Assembly: GCA_003649205.1 (NCBI GenBank)
Contig: QMRC01000007.1
Location: 1 to 64,000, forward strand
Direction of reading: 5' to 3'
From: Thermoprotei archaeon
Lineage (GTDB): Archaea; Thermoproteota; Thermoprotei; Thermoproteales; B15-G16
DNA length: 64,000 bases
The stretch's first letter is position 1, and every line of letters begins with the position of its first letter. This document shows positions 47,900 to 56,540 of this stretch, piece by piece. Under the pieces are notes generated by a model. The model saw only the letters and a program-made list of their open reading frames with translations. It searched no databases and was not told where the DNA came from. The translations under genes and the position numbers were made by a program.

Positions 47900-49202
47900 T
47901 GCGCATCTAGGCTTTAGACAGTATGGGCTACCTGAAAGAGCTAGTGACTTCGCTAAATCATTCCACAGGGCAGTCGATGAGATAGTGGAGAGGAGAGCTG
48001 ACATAGACCTAGTACTGATAGTTGGTGATCTATTCCACAGCAAGAGACCTAGTCCAGAGACAATTCGTGAAGCTGTTATTGGTCTTAAGAAGCTCAGAGA
48101 AGCGAATATACCGGTCATAGTGACAAGAGGCAATCACGACGCGCCATACTCGCAAGGCAGCAACAATGTGTTGACTCTCCTCTCTGAGCTAGGTTTAGTC
48201 AAGTACATAGATTATGGAAGAGTAGAGATTAGTGGGATCGAAATCATAGCATGTGGTTGTACACCAACAGCGTATACAAGAGCACTAGAGAACTACTTGA
48301 GACAAGTAGTTAGCTTAGAGAAGGGACAACGTATCCTCCTACTTCACCAGGTTATTGAGGGTATAGAGCAAAATTACCCAAATGACCCGTATGTAGTACC
48401 ATTAGATGTAGTTAAGGAATTTGCTACGAAATTCAACTACATAGCTCTAGGTCATGTACATACCTTCGCACTGAAGCACCCTCAATTACCTGCATACTAC
48501 TCCGGATCACTAGATATCTGGGATATCTCTGAATTCGAGACATACATCATGAAGTCTAGCAAGACCTTAGTTAAGGAACGTGACATGAGTGAGAAGGGTT
48601 TCCTCATAGTTCATGTAGATGGTGGAATTGAGGTAGAGAGAGTAAGACTTAGACCTAGTAGGAGGATGATTAGAGCAGTTCTCGCTTACAGTAATGAGGT
48701 GAAGCCTAGTGAAGTAATGAGGGATCTTATATCGGTAGCTCACGAGCTAGATAGGGAAGATGCTGTTGTTGTGATCGAGTTGCTAGGTAATCTAGTACCT
48801 GGTTCGAGTAGGCATGAGCTAAATTTGAAGGAGGTGAGGAAGTACTTTAGAAGAGTTCTCAAACTCGATATCAGGAATAGGCTGGGTGTAGTTACGTCGA
48901 CTACAGATGGTAAAGTAGTAGACATATCGTCACTGAGTTTAGAGTCGCTTCTCAGGAGTTCATTCCTGAAATACTTCAGCAACGTAGCTAAGTCAATTGC
49001 TCTAGATCCTCAGTTCCTAAGTGAGTTAGCTATGAAATTGCTCGATCTCCTAGCTCAAGGTAAGACTAGAGAAGCCCTCTACGTATTGTATAGAGAGTTG
49101 GGTGTTGATACAGGTACTGTATCGATTCCGAGTATCAGTACCTCTACTTCAGCTCCCTCTAGAAGGGGTAGGGAATCCACGATATTAGATTGGTTGAGGT
49201 GA
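47874..49202 (+). CDS. mre11: Mre11 nuclease
   Basis: ADAHLG, GDLFH, GNHD, LLHQ, LGHVH, YSGS. Confidence 0.95.
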   Translation: MVTIAHLADAHLGFRQYGLPERASDFAKSFHRAVDEIVERRADIDLVLIVGDLFHSKRPSPETIREAVIGLKKLREANIPVIVTRGNHDAPYSQGSNNVLTLLSELGLVKYIDYGRVEISGIEIIACGCTPTAYTRALENYLRQVVSLEKGQRILLLHQVIEGIEQNYPNDPYVVPLDVVKEFATKFNYIALGHVHTFALKHPQLPAYYSGSLDIWDISEFETYIMKSSKTLVKERDMSEKGFLIVHVDGGIEVERVRLRPSRRMIRAVLAYSNEVKPSEVMRDLISVAHELDREDAVVVIELLGNLVPGSSRHELNLKEVRKYFRRVLKLDIRNRLGVVTSTTDGKVVDISSLSLESLLRSSFLKYFSNVAKSIALDPQFLSELAMKLLDLLAQGKTREALYVLYRELGVDTGTVSIPSISTSTSAPSRRGRESTILDWLR

Positions 49203-49212
49203 GGGACTTACC

Positions 49213-51633
49213 TTGATCATTAGGTTAGAGGTAGAGAACTGGAGGTCCTACATAAGGGCCAGTGCTACGTTTACTGAAGGAATAACGTTTGTACATGGTG
49301 TTAATGGTGCTGGTAAGACATCTCTCCTAGAAGCTATAGCATATGCTCTCTACGGTTCTAGGTGGTTAAGGTTAGCGAGGAGGGAAGGTGAGGAGAGGTT
49401 AAGTGATCTCCAGAGGAGGGGTTCCAGTATTACTAAGGTTAGGTTGTGGTTTAGAGCACCTAGTGGTGAGGTGTATGTTGTTCAGAGGTGTATCGTGGGT
49501 GGTAGATCTCAACGAGATAGTACGTACCTAATGGATTCTAGAGGTAGGAGATTAGCTATTGGTGATGAGGAGGTTACTGAAGCTATTGAGAGGATAACTG
49601 GTATATCCTGTAGGGCGTTTAGGGAACTCCTCTACGTTAGGCAGGGTGAGCTGAAGGATATTCTAAAGGAGAGACGGAGAGAGAAGCTGGATGAGCTACT
49701 TAGGATCAAGGATCTGGAGAAGGCTAAGGACTCTATGAGGGATGTTATCTCGAAGCTAGATACAGCACTTAGGTTAACGATCCAGGAACTAAGTCAGGTA
49801 GAGCACCTCATTCGTGAGTACGAGAATAGGGTTCTAGATATCTCTAAGAAGATGGATGGGTTAGTTAAGTTGATTGAGGAGTATAGGACTAGAGTTAGTT
49901 CCATTGAGAGTAGACTTGAGGAGATGAAGAAACGTGAGGAGGAGTTGAGGAGTTATCGTGAGAGGATTCAGAATCTAAGACTCGAGGTAGCTAACTTAAG
50001 GACTGTTAGGGAGAGGTACATTTCTGAGATAAGGGTTCTAGAGGGTGAGCTTCAACGGGTTAAGGAGTTAAGGGATGAAGTTGAGAGGTTAGCTCGAGAA
50101 TTGCAGAGAGCATCTGAACTTGAGCAGAGATTACGTAGCTTGAGAGAACAGGAGAAGCAATTGCTCAATCTCCTCGGTGAGTACACGTACCTACTCAACC
50201 AAGTTAAGGAGTATGAAAAGCTGCTTAGTGAGGTCAATAGGCTTAGAGATGAGTATGAGAAGTGCAGTCAGGAGCTTAGATTGCTAGAGAGTGAGAGGAG
50301 TAAGCTACTTCAACAACTCTCATTAATTAGGAAGTTTGAGGAGGAGTATAGTGAACTACTTAAGCGTAGAGCTCAGCTAGAGCAGGAACTGAGTATTCTA
50401 CGTAATTTTGTAGATAATTTGGAGGGATCTAGGGTAGCTACGTGCCCTCTCTGTGAAAGAGAGATTAGTAGTGAGTACAGGGAATTGATTCTAAAGAGAA
50501 AGAGGAAGAGAATTGAGGAGTTGAAGAATACTCTAACTGACTTATCTAAGCGTATTCAGGAGATTGAGCAGTCACTTAAGCAACGAGATGAGCTTCTCTC
50601 TAGACTACTGAATGTCGAGCAGTGTATAGCTAGTGCTCGATCTAGGTTGCAGGAACTGGAGAGTAAGCTACGTGAGCTAAGTGATCTACAGAAGCAGGTA
50701 CAGAGTATGTATGAGAAGATTAAGACTCTTGAGGGTAAGTTAAGTGAGTTAGAGAGAATTCGAGATGACATAACTCAGCTAGAGCGTGAAGCTGGTAGAG
50801 TACAGGAACTGAGAGAGAGATTGAGTTCTTTAATGCAGGAGCTATCTAGGGAGCGTGTACTCGAGCAGAAAATAGCGGAGCTAAGGGAGAGGGTAAGTGA
50901 GGTTACGGAACTAATTGAGTGTAAAGAACGTGAGGTTAAGTCTCTACTCACTAAATTCAATGAGGAGGAGTACACTAACTTACAGAGTAGTATTCAGCAT
51001 CTTGAGGAGGAGCTTGTGAGGTCTAAATCAGAGCTAAGTAGGCTAGAGGGTGAACTAAAGTCCTACCATGAACAACTATCCGAAGCCAAGAGGAAGTTAA
51101 GTGAACTCGAGAAGAGACGAGAAGAGTTAATCAGGAAGAGGCAGAACCTCGAGCGGGTACTCGCAGTAGCCTCTCTGATAAGGAGGTCGTACGACGAGAT
51201 CAAGCCAATGCTTAGGTCATTGGTCATCGAAGCAATAAACATGGAAGCAGAGAACCTGTTCAATCAACTTAAACACAAGAAAAACTATGAGAGTATCGAG
51301 ATATCACCTGATTACGAGGTGTATATACGTGATAGATCAGGTGCTAAGTACCTTATCGACTACTGTTCTGAAGGTGAGAAGACACTCATAGCACTGGTCC
51401 TCAGATATGCACTAGCAAAGGTACTCATAGGTGAAACACCCATATTAATTCTTGACGAACCAACAGAACACCTAGATAGAGAGCATAGAGCAAGACTCAT
51501 CAGGTGGTTAAGCACCTGTGAGTGGGCTAGACAACTAATAGTGACATCTCACATAGATGAGTTCAGTCAAGTAGCAAACAACGTAGTGGAGGTAAGAGTA
51601 AGAGAAGACGGCGTATCAGAGGTAATTCAGTGA
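49213..51633 (+). CDS. rad50: Rad50 ATPase
   Basis: GVNGAGKT, Q-loop YVRQ, zinc hook CPLC, CSEGE, ILDEPT, VTSH. Confidence 0.95.
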   Translation: MIIRLEVENWRSYIRASATFTEGITFVHGVNGAGKTSLLEAIAYALYGSRWLRLARREGEERLSDLQRRGSSITKVRLWFRAPSGEVYVVQRCIVGGRSQRDSTYLMDSRGRRLAIGDEEVTEAIERITGISCRAFRELLYVRQGELKDILKERRREKLDELLRIKDLEKAKDSMRDVISKLDTALRLTIQELSQVEHLIREYENRVLDISKKMDGLVKLIEEYRTRVSSIESRLEEMKKREEELRSYRERIQNLRLEVANLRTVRERYISEIRVLEGELQRVKELRDEVERLARELQRASELEQRLRSLREQEKQLLNLLGEYTYLLNQVKEYEKLLSEVNRLRDEYEKCSQELRLLESERSKLLQQLSLIRKFEEEYSELLKRRAQLEQELSILRNFVDNLEGSRVATCPLCEREISSEYRELILKRKRKRIEELKNTLTDLSKRIQEIEQSLKQRDELLSRLLNVEQCIASARSRLQELESKLRELSDLQKQVQSMYEKIKTLEGKLSELERIRDDITQLEREAGRVQELRERLSSLMQELSRERVLEQKIAELRERVSEVTELIECKEREVKSLLTKFNEEEYTNLQSSIQHLEEELVRSKSELSRLEGELKSYHEQLSEAKRKLSELEKRREELIRKRQNLERVLAVASLIRRSYDEIKPMLRSLVIEAINMEAENLFNQLKHKKNYESIEISPDYEVYIRDRSGAKYLIDYCSEGEKTLIALVLRYALAKVLIGETPILILDEPTEHLDREHRARLIRWLSTCEWARQLIVTSHIDEFSQVANNVVEVRVREDGVSEVIQ

Positions 51634-51735
51634 TACGTGCAATAACAATACAATAAAGTGCAATTCTGCACATTGAAAGAGCAACAACTCAACAGGTTAA
51701 GTACCTCTACTCCAACTCCTTCTCCGGGAACACTC

Positions 51736-52455
51736 ATGGGTAAGGTAGTGGTTATTAAGGAGAAGAGCGAGAGCATACCATCGATATTCTTGAAGTCAGT
51801 AGTGGGTGTAGTCTGCTTCGTACTATTACTCACGATATCACCAGTGCTAGCAATGCTATCTCTCGGCTCAGCCGCTACCTTCATAGCTTTGAAAAAGATA
51901 GTAGGTAGAAAGAGGAAAAGAGAAGATACAGTACCTGAAGACGAAGATACAGAAGCGCTGAAACTCAACACAAAGAGGAGTAGGGCATTTCACTCAGTAA
52001 TCAGGCTGAAGCCAGTGAACTTAAGTAAGCTACATAGACTAGACATGAAGGTGACACTCCTCGTACTTGATCCCAAAGCAAACTACATACTGGTACCTAG
52101 AGGACTAGAGTTAACCTGTATAGCACTCATGAAAGTACAGACACAGCAACCGCTTGACAGGGATACTATAGCGAAGATCTGCCTCAGTACAGATTGTGAA
52201 GTCGAGCCCTCCGAAGTAGTAACACTAGATCACGTAGGTAATAGCAAGATACCGCTCACACACTACGTACTGGTAGTTAGGTCTAGGAAGGTAACACCAG
52301 TAGTGACATCAAACACCGTAGCTGAGTTAATTAGCAGAGTTAGTCTCGCAATCTCAACACTAACCTCAACAATCATGAGTAGAGACCCCCAAGCAGTGAT
52401 CGAAGTTCTACCAGCTAGTAGAGTTATTGAGGAACAGCTACTGATGAGGTGGTGA
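51736..52455 (+). CDS. Membrane-anchored hypothetical protein
   Basis: N-terminal hydrophobic hairpin (VVGVVCFVLLLTISPVLAMLSLGSAATFIAL), then KKIVGRKRKR and a soluble alpha/beta domain; stop 1 nt before the next ATG. Confidence 0.75.
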   Translation: MGKVVVIKEKSESIPSIFLKSVVGVVCFVLLLTISPVLAMLSLGSAATFIALKKIVGRKRKREDTVPEDEDTEALKLNTKRSRAFHSVIRLKPVNLSKLHRLDMKVTLLVLDPKANYILVPRGLELTCIALMKVQTQQPLDRDTIAKICLSTDCEVEPSEVVTLDHVGNSKIPLTHYVLVVRSRKVTPVVTSNTVAELISRVSLAISTLTSTIMSRDPQAVIEVLPASRVIEEQLLMRW

Positions 52456-52456
52456 C

Positions 52457-53785
52457 ATGAGGATCACCATAGGTTACGAAATTCAGGGTAACGTAGCAGT
52501 ACGTGAAGCAATGCTAGATCTTAGAGGTGGAGACGTAATCGGTATCTTCGGTAAGTGTGGTAGTACTACAGTCAAGCAGTTAATCACATCACTTAGTGAT
52601 CTGTCAGAGGAAATAACCTCCACAGTGATTCTAGATAGTGAAGGTACTCTCCGAAACCTCAAAGCACTAAACGAGTACAGGTACACAGTTCTTGGATGGA
52701 ATGCATCACTACCTCTAATAGAAGTAATTCCCCCAGGAAAAGACCTCTCATCTAGACTCCTCATGGTAACTGACATCATTGCAGCAGCACTGAATCTCAG
52801 CGATATCGAGGCACACATACTTCACAACGCACTCATGAAGTACCTAACAAGCAGTAGTCACGAGCTAGATAACCTAATGAAAGCTCTCTCGGAAGAGTAC
52901 ATGAAGTTAAGTCCTGTAGAGAGAACGAGAGCATACAACATACTCTCACTAATGAGGGACCTAAAGTACGGTAGACTAGGAGCTACTTTCTCTGAACTAC
53001 ACCACACAGTAAATTTAGAAGAGAGTATGCTCTACGTAGATACAGCACTAATACCTCCAAGCTACAGACCTCTCATACTATCACTCCTGATGTACTACCT
53101 GTATAGTAGAGGTGCTAGGGGTAAGATCATAGTGATACTGAACTTCGGCACTTACCTAAGTGATGTATCGATGAGATCAAAGAGCTTCAGTACCCTACTC
53201 ACTACGTTACTGATAAACAACGTGACGGTAATACATTCAAACTCAATACTAGAGCTCCCTACGTACTTAAGAGAATACATCACATACATAATCCAGCACA
53301 GGGTAAACACAAGTACTGAAGCAAGAGCTCTAGCAGATTTCTACAAGCTACCTGAAGAAACATTAACGAAGTTGAGAGATCACGAAGCATACCTAGTCGG
53401 TAGAGGTCTATGCCTCAAGATTGCGCTATGGCATGACATAGTTGAGGAGTTACCTACCTCTAGGTTACCCAGAGAATTACTTACACCCCGTGAACCAGCA
53501 GCCCAACCACTGATAAGGGAGGTATTCGGTGATAGAGCAGAGCTAGTGTACGAGGTACTGAACTACCTAAGGAGAGGTGCAGTTACTAGAGATGAGCTAC
53601 TCTCCTTCCTAACTGAAGGTATGGGTCTCGATACCACATCAGCGGCCAAGCTAATCAATGAGCTATGTGTTCACGGTCTTGTAGAGGACTTCATTGCGAG
53701 AGATGGTAGGTACTGGATTAGGCTCTCCATTAGGGGTCTTGTCTCTGTTGATGAGTATGAGGAGTGGAGAGCAAGAGAGACGTAG
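52457..53785 (+). CDS. Degenerate HerA/VirB4/FtsK-like P-loop protein with C-terminal winged helix
   Basis: IGIFGKCGSTT (broken Walker A), VILDSEG, LTKLRDHEAYL; C-terminal VTRDELL...AAKLINELCVHGLV wHTH. Confidence 0.65.
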   Translation: MRITIGYEIQGNVAVREAMLDLRGGDVIGIFGKCGSTTVKQLITSLSDLSEEITSTVILDSEGTLRNLKALNEYRYTVLGWNASLPLIEVIPPGKDLSSRLLMVTDIIAAALNLSDIEAHILHNALMKYLTSSSHELDNLMKALSEEYMKLSPVERTRAYNILSLMRDLKYGRLGATFSELHHTVNLEESMLYVDTALIPPSYRPLILSLLMYYLYSRGARGKIIVILNFGTYLSDVSMRSKSFSTLLTTLLINNVTVIHSNSILELPTYLREYITYIIQHRVNTSTEARALADFYKLPEETLTKLRDHEAYLVGRGLCLKIALWHDIVEELPTSRLPRELLTPREPAAQPLIREVFGDRAELVYEVLNYLRRGAVTRDELLSFLTEGMGLDTTSAAKLINELCVHGLVEDFIARDGRYWIRLSIRGLVSVDEYEEWRARET

Positions 53786-53799
53786 TGGAGGTGATTTTG

Positions 53800-54219
53800 A
53801 TGAATATTAGATGGGACTCTAGTGGACTAGGATTTACATGGACTATAGGTATTGTAGGTACAGGTATCCTACGTGGTAGGGTAAGGAGGGTCAGTACTAG
53901 GAATGGCGTACGAATAGTGCGGTCAGTGTACCTTGTACCAAAGAGGTCGTTAAGAGATGATGCTGGTGAGGAATTACTTACAGAGTGGTATGAACCGCAG
54001 GAATTCAGTAAGCTAGTCGACGCAGAACTCAAGTTGCTCTCCATAGTGCTTGAAGAAAGAAGTAGATCAGGCGACCCTGTTCAGGAGATTAAGCTCGCAC
54101 TTGCTGACTTGGAGAAGCTCCTCAATCAAGTTGCCCTCCTTAAAGCTAGATTGGAGAAGTTATTGGAGGTGGTGAGTTATGGGAGGAAGGAGGAGAACTC
54201 AAACCACAACTCAAACTAG
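53800..54219 (+). CDS. Hypothetical protein, beta-rich basic N-domain plus C-terminal leucine zipper
   Basis: GGAGGTGA site before ATG 53800; overlaps the radA start. Confidence 0.7.
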   Translation: MNIRWDSSGLGFTWTIGIVGTGILRGRVRRVSTRNGVRIVRSVYLVPKRSLRDDAGEELLTEWYEPQEFSKLVDAELKLLSIVLEERSRSGDPVQEIKLALADLEKLLNQVALLKARLEKLLEVVSYGRKEENSNHNSN

Positions 54220-55222
54220 CTCACAGGTTCAGCAGGTAAGTGAACAGAGATCTGGAGTACAGGAGCTTAAGGTAGTCAGGATACCAATCGAGGAGTTACC
54301 TAACACGACGAGAGCTACCATAGAGAAGTTGAAGAGTGCAGGTATCTACAGCGTTCAGCATCTCTCAATGTTTACGGTAGATGAGCTAGTTATGTACGAT
54401 GTGACGCCGGAGACAGCAGCTAGGTTACTGAGAAAAGCAAGAGCACTACTCAAGAGTGAACCACGAGTATTCTCACTCAAGGAGTTCTCAAACTACAAGA
54501 GTTCACTACCTAGAGTGAGGATTCACGTAAATGCTATAGACAACATGTTGGGAGGAGGTCTAGAACCTAGAGCTATCTACGAATTTGCTGGTGAATTCGG
54601 TGCTGGCAAGACACAGCTTTGTCATCAACTAGCTGTCACAGTTCAACTAAGCTACGATAGAGGTGGCGTAGCAGGAGCGGCGCTGTACATAGATACTGAA
54701 GGTACCTTTACACCCTCTAGAATAAAGTCAATAGCAGAGAGATTTGGGCTAGATCTCGACTACGTATTCTCAAACATCTACGTAACACAACCGAAGACTG
54801 TTGACGATTTACTTGAGTGTATTAGGACAGATGTCGTTAGGTACGTAGAGGACCACAACGTCAAGCTAATAATAGTTGACTCATTAATAGGTCTCTTCAG
54901 AGCTGAGTACCCTGGAAGGGAGAATCTAGCTCTAAGACAGCAGAGACTGAACTACGCTCTAGACTGGCTCTCGAGAGTAGCCAAGACCTACAACATCTTC
55001 GTAGTGATCACGAATCAGGTAATGGATGTACCAATGGGATTTGGTTCACAGAAACCAGCTGGTGGAAACATCATGGCACATGGTGCAACACATAGATTCC
55101 TACTATACAAAGTCGGTAGGGAATCAGGTCTAAGAGCAATGGAAGTGCTTGACTCACCAGCACTACCTGAGGGACTTACTGTCAAGTTCAGAATAACTGA
55201 AAGAGGGTTAGAGGATGTCTAG
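54179..55222 (+). CDS. radA: RadA/Rad51-family recombinase (divergent full-length form)
   Basis: N-terminal HhH domain, GEFGAGKTQ, YIDTEGTF, IIVDS, FRAEYPGRENLALRQQ, TNQV, GGNIMAH. Confidence 0.9.
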   Translation: MGGRRRTQTTTQTSSQVQQVSEQRSGVQELKVVRIPIEELPNTTRATIEKLKSAGIYSVQHLSMFTVDELVMYDVTPETAARLLRKARALLKSEPRVFSLKEFSNYKSSLPRVRIHVNAIDNMLGGGLEPRAIYEFAGEFGAGKTQLCHQLAVTVQLSYDRGGVAGAALYIDTEGTFTPSRIKSIAERFGLDLDYVFSNIYVTQPKTVDDLLECIRTDVVRYVEDHNVKLIIVDSLIGLFRAEYPGRENLALRQQRLNYALDWLSRVAKTYNIFVVITNQVMDVPMGFGSQKPAGGNIMAHGATHRFLLYKVGRESGLRAMEVLDSPALPEGLTVKFRITERGLEDV

Positions 55223-55556
55223 AGTAGACATACCACCAAAGATACTGCAGAAGTTCAGAGAGATGTTTCCGAATAAGAGTACATCGTGGATAAGGAGGTG
55301 CATAGCGAGATTACCAGATGTCGTTGAGGGTAAGGTAAGAGGTGTCTGGTTTGTTCGTGGTAATGCTAAGCTTGGTGATGCGTATTCACAGTACATAGTG
55401 AAGTACATTGCTGGTAAGTACATGTGTAGCTGTATGGAGAGAGAAAGACCGTACCACAGTAGGAGAAGAAAGGAGCTGTGCACACATGTTGGTGCGGTAA
55501 TCCTGTATAGGTTACTGAAGGGTGAGACTATATGCGAGACAGAGGTCTCATCCTGA
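55215..55556 (+). CDS. SWIM zinc-finger protein
   Basis: YMCSC-x15-CTH followed by VGAVIL helix. Confidence 0.85.
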   Translation: MSRVDIPPKILQKFREMFPNKSTSWIRRCIARLPDVVEGKVRGVWFVRGNAKLGDAYSQYIVKYIAGKYMCSCMERERPYHSRRRKELCTHVGAVILYRLLKGETICETEVSS

Positions 55557-56023
55557 TCTACGGTAATCCAAAGAGGATACTGAAGAAGCTAGTAACAGCA
55601 CTACAGAGAGAATCTGCACTACTGTTAACCGATAGCGAGAACTATGCAGCAGTACCATATGAGGAAAGCGATCTCAAGATAGCTATTGTCGATGTATTAG
55701 AGCATGTACCTGAGGTACTGAGTAAGGAAGCTAGAAAGGTAAACGTAGTGTGCACACCATCAATACTCAGCAAGGTTGTTAGAGAGTTCTACAGCTACGT
55801 AAGGAGTTCACCTAGTGGAAGTTACCTAGGAATATACTACGTCAAGCTACTTAGAGAGGTTCTCGAAAGAATTCGAGCAATAACGTACTCGAGAAGGTTA
55901 CTCACAATTGTCGTAGCACCTTCACGAATAAATCCAGTAACAGGTCAGGAGTACCCTGTACTACATTGGTTAGTTCAGAGGTACTTCGATGAGGTACTTC
56001 ATGAACAACACGTGATGGTGTGA
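55532..56023 (+). CDS. Truncated, inactive RecA-fold (RadB-like) protein
   Basis: GLILIYG without the GKT loop, LLLTDSE, VCTPSI at the Walker B position, IRAITYSRRLLTIVV, YPVLHWLVQRYFDEVL. Confidence 0.6.
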   Translation: MRDRGLILIYGNPKRILKKLVTALQRESALLLTDSENYAAVPYEESDLKIAIVDVLEHVPEVLSKEARKVNVVCTPSILSKVVREFYSYVRSSPSGSYLGIYYVKLLREVLERIRAITYSRRLLTIVVAPSRINPVTGQEYPVLHWLVQRYFDEVLHEQHVMV

Positions 56024-56024
56024 G

Positions 56025-56522
56025 GTGATTGATCTGTCTAAGGCGGGGAAGAACAACACAGTCGACATATACATATGTCCAATATGTGGTAAGACTTTCA
56101 GCAAGGAAAGCAGTTTAGCGCATCACATAACTAGAGCACATGGAACATACAAGCTAATTGTTGATGCAGGTAAATTCATCACTAGATTAGAGAAGGTTGA
56201 GAGAACACTCGCTAGAGTAGAGAGAGCAGTATCTCAACTACTTGAGCAAATTAAAACCCTAAATGGTAAGCTTGAGGAAGTCTCAACATCGATATCCGAG
56301 CTACAGAAGCAATTACAGGAGGTACCTCAGATAACGGTCATGGCTCCTAAAGTAACACTTGTAACTCAAGAAGCTAAGGCACTGAAGACCGAATTAGCTA
56401 CATCAATCAAGAGACTTGACCTACATAGCGCAGACACCATAGAGATACCAGACTACATCCTGGACAATCCATGGTTAAAAGTTCTCCAGCAAAAACCAAG
56501 AGAAGGCAACTTAAATTCCTAA
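56025..56522 (+). CDS. C2H2 zinc finger plus coiled coil plus arcadin-2-like C-terminal peptide
   Basis: YICPICGKTF-x5-LAHHITRAH, heptads, C-terminal DYILDNPWLKVLQQK. Confidence 0.85.
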   Translation: MIDLSKAGKNNTVDIYICPICGKTFSKESSLAHHITRAHGTYKLIVDAGKFITRLEKVERTLARVERAVSQLLEQIKTLNGKLEEVSTSISELQKQLQEVPQITVMAPKVTLVTQEAKALKTELATSIKRLDLHSADTIEIPDYILDNPWLKVLQQKPREGNLNS

Positions 56523-56540
56523 ATTTTGAACAATATCTCT

